A DNA stretch of 64,000 nt from positions 248,001 through 312,000 of the forward strand of contig BQFW01000015.1 of assembly GCA_020891255.1 (NCBI GenBank). Reading direction: 5' to 3'. Numbering within the stretch: position 1 is the stretch's first letter; each line of letters opens with the position of its first letter. A program made the translations under genes and the position numbers. Below the pieces are notes generated by a model. The model saw nothing but the letters and a program-made list of their open reading frames with translations, was not told the origin of the DNA and did no database searches. The DNA is from Entomortierella parvispora E1425 (Eukaryota; Fungi; Mortierellomycota). Positions 11,566 to 23,772 of this stretch are shown in pieces.

Positions 11566-12921
11566 CTAATTGACCGTCCTTCGCTGAGGACGCACTTTCT
11601 TTTCCTGGAGAATCTTTTTGAAATCAATTCCGACCCTGGAGTGTGCTACCTCGTTCCTGACAAAGGATCCCAGAACGTGGGTCCCAAGAAGCTGGGCCAC
11701 TTGTTCAATCCAGCTCGAGATTTGACGCTGTCGCTCAGAGGGTTGGTTTATAATGGTGATGACAGTTGTGCTCTCTGCTGCTGTCACTGGCGGTGTCGTG
11801 TGTGGTAAGTTGACCAAGACGGGTCGTTCCTCTAAAGGAGCCGTAGAGGTACCGTGTTGTTGTGGATCGATCAAGACCTGCTTGATGACTTCAGAACCCC
11901 CATCGCGCGAAGCGGAGGAGGGAATCTTCAGAAAGGCCACAACCCAAACCTCAAACTGGACTTTGCCATCCTGAACCAACGGTCTGAACCGGGACGACAG
12001 GGTAGCAGGGTGGCACTTGTATGGCCCGGACGGTGTTTCTTCAGCCGAGTGTCCATTTCTTGATGCAATGTCTCTAGGATTGGATCGAAGACGCCGCAGC
12101 TTCCTCGAAGGTTTGACGGTGTCGTTACTGGCACTGGTGCTGTTGCGAGGGTGCATGTTACCATCAGCCTCGTCTTGGCTGTCATCATCCATTTCGTCAT
12201 CCTCATCCCCTTCTTCATCGTCACTGCATGCAGCGGGGTCCGGGTTGTGCAAATCAAATCGAAAGGGGGTCGGCTCAAAGATCTCCATCGGTATGCCTAG
12301 CGAATGTAGAGATAAACTGAGTCTCTTGGCTTTGTCTCAATGGATCAAGCAATGCCCACTCGTTATCTTTTCGCACTTACCAAGAGCTCCCGAGGAGAGG
12401 ATTACTCCAGGCTTGACAGCTGATTCGCCAGAGCCATCGGTACTGTCATCCGTCCAAGAGCTATAACCGCATCCTGCACTGCCAGTCTCTCCTCCGGCAG
12501 GGCTCCAATCGCTGTTACTGCTGTTGCTCGGGCTTGCGGAGCCTGTGTCGCACAAGGGCGCTTTCGATGGTGGCACAGAGAGGGCAGGCGATCTATCTTG
12601 GTGGTCACTGCACGAAATCTTTTTCATAACAATGACGGCATCCTTGAGGTCATTCTCCGAGGTCAGACTAGGGTTGGATCGGCCGCAAAGGTTTCGAAGA
12701 TCCTTGACTTCAACATAGCTTCTTCTGTGTTTAGCTGGGACGGGTTGCCGGACAATGTACATTCGAACGCTGGGAGAAAAGGATGCTGTATTGGAGGGGG
12801 TGAATAGAGTGGAAAGCAGCTCTTGGAAGCAGGGCTCTTCCGGCACGGCGGAAGCACAAGTTGATGCAAAGGCTGCAATATCCTCAGGATCAATGCATTC
12901 TGGTGAAGAAGGGGACGACAT
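11566..12921 (-). CDS. Hypothetical protein (at least 2 exons; 3' end uncertain)
   Basis: ORFs 12921-12381 and 12296-11566 join in phase across a GTAAGT...CTAG intron (12380-12297). Ser/acidic low-complexity blocks alternate with folded-looking segments (YIVRQPV, RFRPLVQDGKVQFEVWVVAFL). No family recognised. Confidence 0.6.
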
Positions 12922-13847
12922 TGCGATTGAGTGGTGTGGAAGGAAATGAGGAAGACAGTTGTCAGCGAAGGAAAGACCTGTGGATAACATATTTTTTGCG
13001 GTGTGTTCTTATACCCACAGATGAACGAGGCAGCCGCGTCTTCCCAATAGTTTCGAACAACAGGATCCACTATAACTCACAAATGGACAAGAATGGGGGT
13101 CAAAAGGATGGGGGTAGGCTTAACAAAGGGGACGCGAAATAGAACGCCACCTTTATTTTTGCGTGATGTGAATACTGGATGAAGGATGGCTGTGAATTTG
13201 AACAAAGACGCTCACAGATGACCAGCCTGTCTGATATCCATCGGTCGTTGTCTGTCATCCAGTTGTTTATGTCCTTTTTCCAGATTCGTCGAAAGATCCT
13301 GCAACAGCAACAGCACCTCCTTGTGGTCGTTGTCTGTTGGGCAAAGAAACGGAGGAAGGATGAGCTATGTTTTTTGTTTGTTGGGACGCGAATTTCTTAT
13401 TTTTTTCCCGCTTTGTTTCCAACCGCTTGGACCCTGCACTGCTAAAGAGACAAGAAAGGAAAAGGCAAAGAAAGAACGCAACAATTACAGCTTCCACAAC
13501 CAGATGTTGGTCCCTGATCTACCGCGAGTTAAACAGACCCTGGTCAAGGAGCAGCCACCGCGACAAACACCGAAGGCAAGAGACATCAACCTATCGGTCG
13601 GTCGCGAGCGCATATCCCACGCGACCAAGGAAGTTTGTGAAAATACATGGATCATCCTTTCATCCTGTTAAAGGCCCATCTGAAGATAAATGGCAAAATC
13701 AAGTAGAGGACCAAAGAAACGCATTGTTGGTATCCTACCACCTTTGCATGGATCGGAAGAACGCATTCACAGTATCGGACCACAAGCCACTGCCTGATTG
13801 TTGAAATGTAATGAAAAGACTCGATGTATATTTGGATAAGGTGATCT

Positions 13848-14351
<504 letters not shown>

Positions 14352-14534
14352 TCAAATGATCATTCCCTGAGTTCGAAGGAAGGTCTTTTTCCCGAAACGG
14401 GCGACGATCGGTGACTGCCCTTTGTTCCTGCAAGCGCGCCCACAGAAGCGAATAAACAAATAGGTCGCGTTTTGCATGTGCTTCCATCGACATCTCTTCC
14501 CCCTCGACCCCCATACATCCCTCAATCACCAGCC

Positions 14535-15892
14535 ATGACCCTCTCGGACGAGGTCATCATGACCGACAGTGGGAACGACTCGGAATCCGGCAGTGTCAAC
14601 AATGCCTTCCTGGCCGCCACAACCGCCATGGACGCCAACGCCACCAACGCTTCAGGGGCCTCGTCCCCTGCGTCGTCTTCTGGCATTGTGCCTACATTGT
14701 CTGCCACTGGTAGACTAGCCAAGCTCCTGGCTCGCGAACAGGAACTCATTAAAACGCTTGAGCAGTTGACCCAGGACATTGCTGCCCTCGAAAAGACACC
14801 CGAGGATGAGACGAAAGAGGAGAATGCCGAAGGCGAGGAGGAAGGCGATGACTTGGAGGAATTTGAAGCACCCGAGTGGTGTGTCCCCATCAAGGCCAAC
14901 GTCATGACTTATGACTGGGATGTACGTTTAGGAGGATATTCCATAGACCGACTTCGAATTGTTGTTTTCTGGAAGGGGCATCGAGACAAAGAGGATACAA
15001 TCGGTCATTAACCAAGCTATACCTTTACCTTTTGTCTTCTGCCTGGAAAAATAGAGCCTCGCTTCTGAATGCCAATTCGACGTCATCTTGATGGATCCAC
15101 CATGGCAGCTCGCTACTCATGCACCCACTAGAGGAGTATGACTATGGAGCAATATGCGATGCATTTACGATGGATCAAGGAACCACGGCTGATAATTGTT
15201 TGTTTGTTTACAGGTCGCAATTGCATACCAACAACTACCAGATATTTGTATTGAGGAACTTCCAGTACCGAAGCTGAGCTCGAACGGATTCATCTTTATC
15301 TGGGTCATCAACAACAAATATGCTCGCGCTTTTGATCTCATGAGGAAATGGGGCTATAGGTACAGTTATTTAAACAGGGAATATGGTTGTAACAGGACAT
15401 GACGGGACACTACAGGGATTGAGATGAGCTGCCAATCTGACAGGATGAAATTTTTCTCTTTACCCTCCCTTATAGCTATGTGGACGACATTACATGGGTC
15501 AAGCAGACTGTGAACCGAAGAATGGCCAAGGGACACGGATACTATCTTCAGCATGCAAAGGAGACGTGTCTTGTCGGCAAAAAGGTATGTTGCTTTCAAG
15601 GCACCTATTCGCAGACAGCAGTATAGCTTGGTGCTCTAGCTGCAAATCAAGGAAATCAAAGAAACTGGAACTGACCATGTCGATCTTTTCGATATAGGGT
15701 GAGGATCCTCCTAACTGCCGCCACTCGATCGGATCCGATGTGATCTTTTCAGAACGTAGAGGACAGAGTCAGAAACCCGAGGAGCTATATGAGCTCATTG
15801 AGGAGCTCGTCCCCAATGGACGGTACCTTGAGATCTTTGGCCGTAAGAACAACTTGCGCGACTACTGGGTCACTGTCGGAAACGAGCTGTGA
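14535..15892 (+). CDS. MTA1: MT-A70 family DNA N6-adenine methyltransferase, AMT1/MTA1 clade
   Basis: Five exons: 14535-14921, 15055-15135, 15214-15359, 15476-15584, 15698-15892. Translation includes FDVILMDPPWQLATHAPTRGVAIAYQQL, WVKQTVNRRMAKGHGYYLQHAKETCL and DVIFSERRGQSQKPEE...LEIFGRKNNL...VGNEL, a motif set characteristic of ciliate MTA1/AMT1. Confidence 0.92.
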
Positions 15893-16159
15893 AAAGAGAA
15901 TAAAATTGCGCCACCAAACTATTTCAACACACTCCAATGAACCTTCTCTGCTCATCACCACAACGCAAGAAATACGGTGACGTTAACAAAAAAAAATCAA
16001 AAATTCGGAGCGCACTATTCCCGTGCGGACTCTGCACGGCACAGAAGCCCGCTCAGGGACAGCCTGCCGGACAAATCTCGGAATCGGATTGAATCAAAGA
16101 AGAGAGGTCATCGCCGCGATCATCCTCTCGTTCACTCCTCCCTCCTCCCCCTCCGCACC

Positions 16160-17826
16160 ATGTTCCGTCTCTCTGCTCAGTCGACCCGCAAGGCTGTCCA
16201 GCGTCTTGCTGTTCAGGTACTGCCCCCGCGCCCTTCCTCCCACCTTCCCATGGATCCCTCGCTCTTTTTTGTTCTCACTCTGCCCTGGATCCGATCCAGC
16301 GCGCTCATCCTCCGGCTCCGAATCCCGAAAATGCAACCCACCCTTCATCATGCATCGATCCATCAACACATCCTCAACTCGCTCTCGTTCTTTTTGCTCA
16401 TCCTTCTAGGCCCGCTACCAGTCCACCAGCTCCGCTGCTGCTGCCTCCAGCATGGTAATTAATCTTTGTCCGGGATGGATTGTTTTTCCCTCCGAATCAA
16501 AAATCCAGGAACTGGATTAATTAGGCTTGTGCGAGGTGCAAGGCAGATCAAAAATCATTGACTGAATCAAACATCTGAATGAACCTAATGAAAATAGAAC
16601 GCCAAGAACGTCTCCTTGGCCGCTGCTGGTGTTGCCACCGTCGGTGCCGTTGCATACATGTCCATGGAGACTGTCGATGCCAACATGGCTGCCGATGGTC
16701 TCCACGCCCCAGTCTACCCCTGGGACCACAAGAAGAACCTCGCCACCTTTGATCACGCTGCGTAAGGATCGTTCTTGCTTCAATTGCTGTTTTTTTTCTT
16801 TGACTGCGTTAGCTTGGGTCAGGAATGGTGATAGTCAGGAGGACCCTTTTCAGGATTGGAAGTTCGTGGACGAGATATAGGATCATCGTTATCCTATGTT
16901 GGGATAGAGCGATCACGGACACGGAATGTTTGTTTTCGGCCCAAGAACGTCGATCGTGAAGCAATTGGCCACTTTTATATACATTTCTTGGAACCAAACC
17001 TCGACCTGGAAGGAGATGGTGACCAATATCACCCCAAGGACAAACGGGATCGGCACCAAGCGCCAACTGGATGATACTTGACGCCATTGGCCCACAGCAA
17101 TCCATTGACGTTTGATTTTTCAACTGTTGCTGACTGTGTCTCTATAATGCCATCGATTTTAGCATTCGCCGTGGTTACCAGGTCTACAAGGAGGTTTGCG
17201 CTGCTTGCCACTCTCTCGATCGCATTGCCTGGCGCAACTTGATCGGTGTCTCCCACACCGAGGCCGAGGTTAAGGCTATGGCTGAGGAGCACGAGTACAA
17301 GGATGGACCCAACGATATTGGTGACTACTTTGACCGCCCCGGAAAGCCCTCCGACTACATGCCCCGCCCCTACGCTAACGAGGAGCAGGCTCGTGCCGGA
17401 AACGCCGGAGCTTACCCCCCAGATTTGTCCTTGATGATCAAGGCCCGTCACGGAGGTGCCGACTACGTCTTCTCCCTCTTGACCGGTTACCAGGATCCCC
17501 CAGCTGGTGTTGAGATCCGTGAGGGATTGAACTTCAACCCCTACTTCCCCGGTGGTGCCATTGGTATGGCCCGTGTCCTTTACGATGGTTTGATCGAGTA
17601 CGAGGATGGTACCCCCGCCACCACTTCCCAGATGGCTAAGGATGTTACCATTTTCTTGTCCTGGGCTGCTGAGCCCGAGATGGATGAGCGCAAGAAGATG
17701 GGTATGAAGGCCTTGACTCTCTTGGCTCTCTTGACCGGTCTTTCCGTTTACCTCAAGAGGCACAAGTGGGCCGGTCTCAAGACTCGCAAGATCTTGTACA
17801 ACCCCCCCACGCCAAAGAAGCATTAA
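16160..17826 (+). CDS. CYT1: Cytochrome c1 of the bc1 complex (4 exons)
   Basis: Presequence, then [28 protein letters not shown] (CxxCH), [25 protein letters not shown], and a C-terminal TM followed by KRHKW. Confidence 0.96.
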
Positions 17827-18137
17827 GTCATTGACATCCAAAAAGCGCCTTCTCAAAAGAAAACCACGACCTCTAGACGTAATTCCCACTACCAACACCA
17901 TATCATAGCGCCGTCACCTTCCCCGTAACGTCCTTTCTTTCTCTCTCCAACTCTTTTTCTCTCCCTCTCTCCCATCTCTTTCTTTATCTTAAAATCAATA
18001 CACCAAAGTTCACCTTTTTTTTTTTTTTTTGGTATTGGATTTCGTATTCAAATTCATGGATGAAAAGTGCGAGTGCAACGTGCTAGGCAAGGGTTGGTAC
18101 AAAGGAGGCAACTAGCATGGTATGTGTCAGTCTGAAC

Positions 18138-18939
18138 TCAAATGTGATTGTTCACGATGGCCAGGTAAACCGGCAAGATATCCTAGAGCAAAGCAAGCGA
18201 AACAGGCAACCCATCCAAAATGAAAGATGAAGATAAGAGAAAAAAAAAAGGTCAGAGATAAAGGGCGGTGAAGACAATAGAGGCGAGCGTTCTCTTTCTT
18301 ACCGTGTCTTGACGGACGGACATGATGTTGTTGAGTGGACCCGTGTTCTGAGTTTTACAGATGAAAAGGGAGAGGGCATTCATGCCATGGCCCGACTTGT
18401 TCTGAGCGTACCCCATGGCTGTTGTCATGTTGGGCGAGAAGAAGTGTCCTAAAAAAAAAATCCAGGAACAAAAGGCGTTGAGAGGCGGGAGAGGAGGGGT
18501 AAAGGGGATATTTTTTTTCTTTTATCCTTGTAATATTACCTTGGCGACTGTAAGTCAGCAAATGACCCGAGGTCAAAATGCCATGCGTGGAACAGTGAAT
18601 GCCTAGCATATGAGAGGGACACCAATCCGAGATGGCAACACGACTTGAAGGTCCCGGTTGGAGATGCTGAAGAACACAGCCGCAATGGCCTGTCCCATGG
18701 AAATACACGGTGGTCATCGGGCTGTCCTCGAGACTGGCCTTCATTGGAGGCGGGAGGTTGTACTGGATTTTGTAGAGGGCTTTCAGGTGGCCATTGAAGT
18801 GCGGAGCATAGGTGATGAAATCCGTATCCAACTCGTCGATGCGGTCAACGTGCAGTCCCTGGGTCTTTGACAGTTCTTGGGTCATTGACAGTTCTTCAGT
18901 CATTGACAGTTCGTCAGTCATTGACAGTTCTTGGGTCAT
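18138..18939 (-). CDS. PARP-like ADP-ribosyltransferase-fold protein, about 200 aa (3 exons)
   Basis: Exons 18939-18540, approx. 18448-18303 and 18182-18138. Motifs YFHGT, a Cys-rich insert (HCGC...WC...HC), GHFFSPNMTTAMGYA and terminal DILPVYLAIV (PARP-type ILPxYL). An alternative in-frame ATG lies at 18993. Confidence 0.72.
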
Positions 18940-18943
18940 TGAC
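18861..18943. repeat. 18-bp tandem repeat (about 4.6 units) encoding MT(Q/D/E)ELS
   Basis: Units (ggg/cag)tcattgacagttc(t/g)t read directly. Confidence 0.9.
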
Positions 18944-19285
18944 GTGGTGGTTGGTTTCTTCTTTTTGATGGCAAAGAGTTTACAGATGGGCATAAAAGGA
19001 TTGTTGGATATGCAGGGACAAAAGGGGAATGAATGAAAGAAAGGGAGATGAGGTGAGGATGGAGATCTGTTGTGGGTGGGTGGAGGCAAGGTGTTTATAA
19101 AGAAGAAGGAAGCAAGGACAACACCACGCGTCAGCACCCCGAACGTGCAATCAGGTTGATGGATCAATTGAACAAACTGACTTGACCGATGATTGTTCGA
19201 TCGTCGATCAGACGTGCACGACCCGGAAAGCGGCTTTCTGGGGATCACTGAATGATTTTTTTTTTTTTTTTTTCATTTCCATTAC

Positions 19286-19810
19286 TCAAAACTGATAAAT
19301 GTCGTTTGAGGATGAGATGGTTGAGTAAGGTGATAGTCCCTTCAAAGGCTCTGTATCGTGCAATTGAACAGGCACCATCTGATATCTGACAAGAGGGGCT
19401 GAGGAATCGAATCGATTATCCTCAGGGTTCTTGACGAATGAATGTTCCTCGAGAAGAGCAGAAAATGTCATAGTCGGTCAGGTAAGAGTCGTAAACATCT
19501 TCACTGCTCATGTTGGGGATGTTGTCAGGAGAGTTGATAACCAATCCGATGGTGGACCCTATATCCTGACCGTAAGGAACAACTCGAGTCCATGTCGGTA
19601 GATAATACGAGGAACCGAGCGTGACAGATTGGTTGGAGAGAGCCTGCACGATCGTCGGGGGTCCCAGTTGCTACGCGGCTATGGTAAAGTGGGTCAGGTT
19701 TACGCCCGAGACTGAGCTGAAGAGAGAGACGAAAAGTACCAGGAACAAAATGAGCCTGTCAAACCAGGGGATGGCCTCGCTTAAGCAAACAGCCAGGAGC
19801 ATTTGAGATG
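19286..19810 (-). pseudogene. Possible decayed membrane or secreted protein fragment
   Basis: One frame gives MLLAVCLSEAIPWFDRLILFLVLFVSLFSSVSGVNLTHFTIAA*QLGPPTIVQALSNQSVTLGSSYYLPTW..., with an internal TAG and a later frame change. No family recognised. Confidence 0.25.
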
Positions 19811-20114
19811 GCCTCCTTGATGAAGCCAGCGGATGCTATTCGCGTACTTGTTGCCGAACTTGGAGTAGATACCCAACATCCGGGCCAGAATGGCAAATAG
19901 TAGGATCTGAATGACAGTCAGACCTATAGTAAGCACCTGGAAAGTGACATGATAAACATAGGTCTGTTTTCCAATCAGACTAATGAACTCCTGCTTTCGA
20001 GCATGAACATGCAATCCAGCTGCGTCTCACATTTCCCCAACCCCGGTTGGTCCCCAAGTGCATGACAGTGTTTACCAAGGTCGATCTTCAAATGAGGAGT
20101 AGCAGTTACAACGA

Positions 20115-21093
20115 TGTCTTTATTCCTCATGTTTCTGAATGTCTGGTCCTTTTCTATGTTACCGAGTTTTTGTTCCAAGATCGGCAGAAAGCGCCACCGT
20201 TATAACCTAAAAAAACACACACGCCCTATTCAAGGTCTAAACCGTAATGGTTAGAGAAATAGTAGACCACACAACATCTCATTCTGTTATTACATATAGG
20301 CCCCCAGTAATACCGACAGCCACAGCCATTTTATGAGGCTCATAGTCACCACACCATCCCTGCAGAGATGGCTCTGGTTACCACCTGAAAGCCCGAGTGG
20401 ACAGCAGCGCGAAGCATTGCCTAAGCCACCCATGGACCTTGACAAGAAGCAGACCCAGACACGTTACATGAGTGGTGACCAGAGGGTATGGCGGCTCGGT
20501 GTCCGCTCTTATGTCCTGCTCACGGATCCACAGGGGTCCTTGGCGAGAAGTGAATGCCGAGCAAGGAGAAAAATGTAAAGGATGTTCAGTCATAGAGAGG
20601 GACTATGGTTGTTCTCGTTCCTCATTTCTCAATCCCTCCTGGACTGACGAGTCTGATGGAGAACATGCGAATTGGCTGACCCAAGGAGTCGGAATGGACA
20701 GCCAGCGCAATGACTAAGCCTGTTGCCACGCATGGACCCATTGAGCAATCAAGGCTCATGTTCAAATTCATACATTCCAAAGGAATGAATGAACCCAGCT
20801 CAACATCCAATCAAAGCCAACATTCCTATGCTCGACACCCGTGCACGACGTACTGCTAATCCCACCATTACCTTTTTTCTACTTGTCTTGAGTGGATGCT
20901 GAAGGGTGAGGAAGGAAAGGGGTGAGGAAGGGACTTTGCGAGAAAGGAGAAAGGACAACAACCGTTGGACAAAACGCGCGTTTTTTCAGCTGCGCGCCCG
21001 AGCCACCCTGCACGTGACCTGTTCATTTTCACGTCTTCAATAGCGCGCTGATGGATGATTCCATGCATCTTCCTTGACCACTTTGCCTCCATT
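20115..21093 (+). repeat. Dispersed approx. 0.95-kb repeat, copy 1 (orphan copy of the Crinkler upstream module)
   Basis: Colinear with 48320-49325 (high identity) and 53975-54817 (more diverged). No Crinkler ORF follows this copy. Confidence 0.9.
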
Positions 21094-22156
21094 CCGACTC
21101 AGCAATATCAGCCCAAGAAAAGTGAATATGACCATATCGGTCATATCTCATCTCATATCCCAACCAGGGGCATCTCGTTCACACCCACAAATGTACTTCA
21201 GTTTCCACTATTAGTTACTGCATGGTTGGAATAAAAAAACAGGCACTTTGATGTTGCCAGCCTTGGACATGGAGGGACAAGGTTCAGTAGACGCGAGAAG
21301 TTGTTACACCATGCACACCATACTGTCCTTTTTTTTTTTTTTTTTTTTTTTTGTCGAAATGACCAAGAACGCGTCAACTCTTCCCTCATCTTGCCAGAGA
21401 TGACCCCCCGAGTAGTTCCAAACACTGGATCAGTTCATTTAGCTACATTCTGAAGACAGAGTCTGAACCGTCCAAGAGTTTCAAGTGAGTGTATCACGAA
21501 ACCACCGACGAAAGGGTTTGTCTGTTGTTTTGCAACCGCGTTTGACCTGAGAACTGACTCATGTCCAGTGCACCAAGAGCAAGGACAACGCCATGTGTTT
21601 TTTGCATTATTATCCACAAAAAAAAAAAAAAAAAGATACTGCTGACGACATTTGATGGAGTTGAGGAGGGACCTCTTACCGGGTCTAGGATCTTGCCAGT
21701 GTGTACCCACTTTCTTTCCACACCGCCGATCCCTTAATTTTTGAGACCCCTTGCTCTTGCTCCCTCTCCTACCACATACCCCTGATCTTCTTTCCCTTAT
21801 TTTTAGTCCTTCATCCTCATATGTTTCCCTGATATCCGTGGTTCTCTGAAGGTGCGCTTGACATGTGGTGTCGGTTTTTCTGTTTTACTGCTTTCGTTTT
21901 TTTATATCTCCCAACCCGACCCCATCCTGTCATATATAAGGTGATTCCCCGAGTCTCTCTCTCAAGTTCTGCCTTTCTTCATTCCTCACCTCCCTCTTCA
22001 CCACTTTTTCCTTCTACACTTTTTCTTTCATGTACCAAGGTGAGCTACCTATTCTAATGTTCAAGAACGAATTTTTTTTAACGATCATTTCGAACGATGT
22101 TGTTGATCCAACGATTGTTTTACATTTCTCCAGTTTTTGAAATCCCTCTCTTCGCT

Positions 22157-22574
22157 ATGACCTTCCGCACCCAAACCACTTTGAAGCGTTCCTTCTTTTT
22201 GGCGATGGTCACGATTGCGGCCATGGTGTTCCTGGCCACTGCCTCTGCTCAACCTCCCGCCCAGGCTGCGGCGTGTGATATGAATAAATGCTCGAAAGAC
22301 TGCACTGTAATGGGGATGCAATGCCCTTCGCCTCGGTGGGTTACCCCTGATGGGGAATGCTGTCCGGTGTGTCTCTGCTCAATGGATAGTACTCTGGGGG
22401 ACATCATGGGTTAGTCTAGATAATACCTCCCTCGTTGCCTACCAAATATATACTTTGATCTTTTTCTACCTTTCAGAACATTGCCTGACGGCAGCAAAAT
22501 CACAAGGCAACACGCCTGCGTGTTCCGCGCCCAACTTGGCAAATTTCATGATATCAGAAAAACGCGCCAAATGA
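22157..22574 (+). CDS. Small secreted cysteine-rich protein with VWC-like CCPVC motif (2 exons, 10 Cys)
   Basis: Signal-like SFFLAMVTIAAMVFLATASA, then CDMNKCSKDC...QCPSP...DGECCPVCLC. Intron 22410-22476. TATATAA near 21933 and a likely 5'UTR intron (GTGAGC near 22040). Confidence 0.7.
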
Positions 22575-23772
22575 AACTCTACAGGGAAAAGAGATATGAA
22601 ATAGGAAGATGCGTTGGATCTCTGCAAAGGTCCTTTCTAGTATCCATCCCAAGAATCTGAGGGTTGGGTTTCAGAGGCTTTTTGGACCTCCCTGATTCAT
22701 GCTTGGTCATGAAGAAAAGGTTTGGTCTTTCTAGACCACTGCTCTGCGATCTGCGCCGGGGTAAAGTCCTATAAATGCTCTACCCAACAACCAAAGTTTA
22801 CCCGGTGTTTTTGATAGGAAGACAAGGACCACAGACGACTGTGTTGTTCTGAGAGCGATCAGAGCCTGGAAGACCGAGAGCAGAGAACAACACCCTTACT
22901 TGCATCCATCCAGACAGATGCTTCCTCTCAAAATTTCGGTGAAAGACGCAGGGATCCTGTGCAAACAGCTCCTTTTTTTTTTTTTTTTTTTTTGTTTGTT
23001 TGGATGAGCTACCCCACCTTGTTCCTTACTGCCGATCCCTTGATTTGTGAGGTCCCTTGTCGTTGCTCCTTCTGCTACCACTTACCCCTGGTCTCCCACC
23101 ATGTTTTTCTCTAGTTACTTTCTGTTCCCGGCTTCCATTTTTTACTGCGGGAGGGGGGTTTTTTTTTGACCGCTCGCCGCCTCCTGATCTGCCATGGGAA
23201 CCATCTGGGAACTCAACGGAAGCCGACGGAAGAGGTGTTCATTCAAAGACAAGTCAACCTATACAAAAGTAGCTTTTGGGGCCTCTTCTTGATAACCTTG
23301 CGATGGAAACTATAAATGCCTTCAGCACGCTCAATGGGTAGATGACGACTTTCAAACACCAACTGTCTCCTTGCTTCCAAGTCGTACTCCTTAGGCATCT
23401 CATGAATCAAGTCCAAGACGTGGTAGATCACTTCCTTGAAATACTGGTAGTTTTTCCTATTGGATGCCCCATTTTTGCCTGCTCCACACCGCCAGTTCTT
23501 TTCAAAGGAGATATTGAGTTGACAGATGGAAGACGTACAACTAGTGACTGTTGTCGCCATGTTGAGTTGGGTCGTCCTCGATGATCCAAGGGTATGTTGG
23601 TTTTGGAGATTAGACATCATGCATGTCGCGTCCAATTTTCAGCTTACGCCACCAATTTCGACCCTTAAAAAAAAAAAAAAAAAAAGAAAAAAAATCCCCA
23701 CCGCGCGATTTCATCCGATTCGCAAGTTTTATCAGTCAACTCTCTATGCAAAGTGGTGCATCATGATTCAGA

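Noticed and set aside
18861-18943. 18-bp repeat as a CRISPR-like array
   Set aside because: No spacers, in-frame coding repeat, eukaryotic context.
20333-20810. Short ORFs recurring in the 0.95-kb repeat copies
   Set aside because: Several frames are equally open because the copies are recent. No recognisable domain, and copy 3 has indels.
21126-21146. 8-bp hairpin ATATGACC-ATATC-GGTCATAT just after repeat copy 1 (possible Helitron end)
   Set aside because: Not present after copies 2 and 3, and no CTRR terminus follows.
23243-23635. 130-aa minus-strand ORF with a helical-looking middle
   Set aside because: No family motif or convincing splice partners. Could be a relic but cannot be supported.
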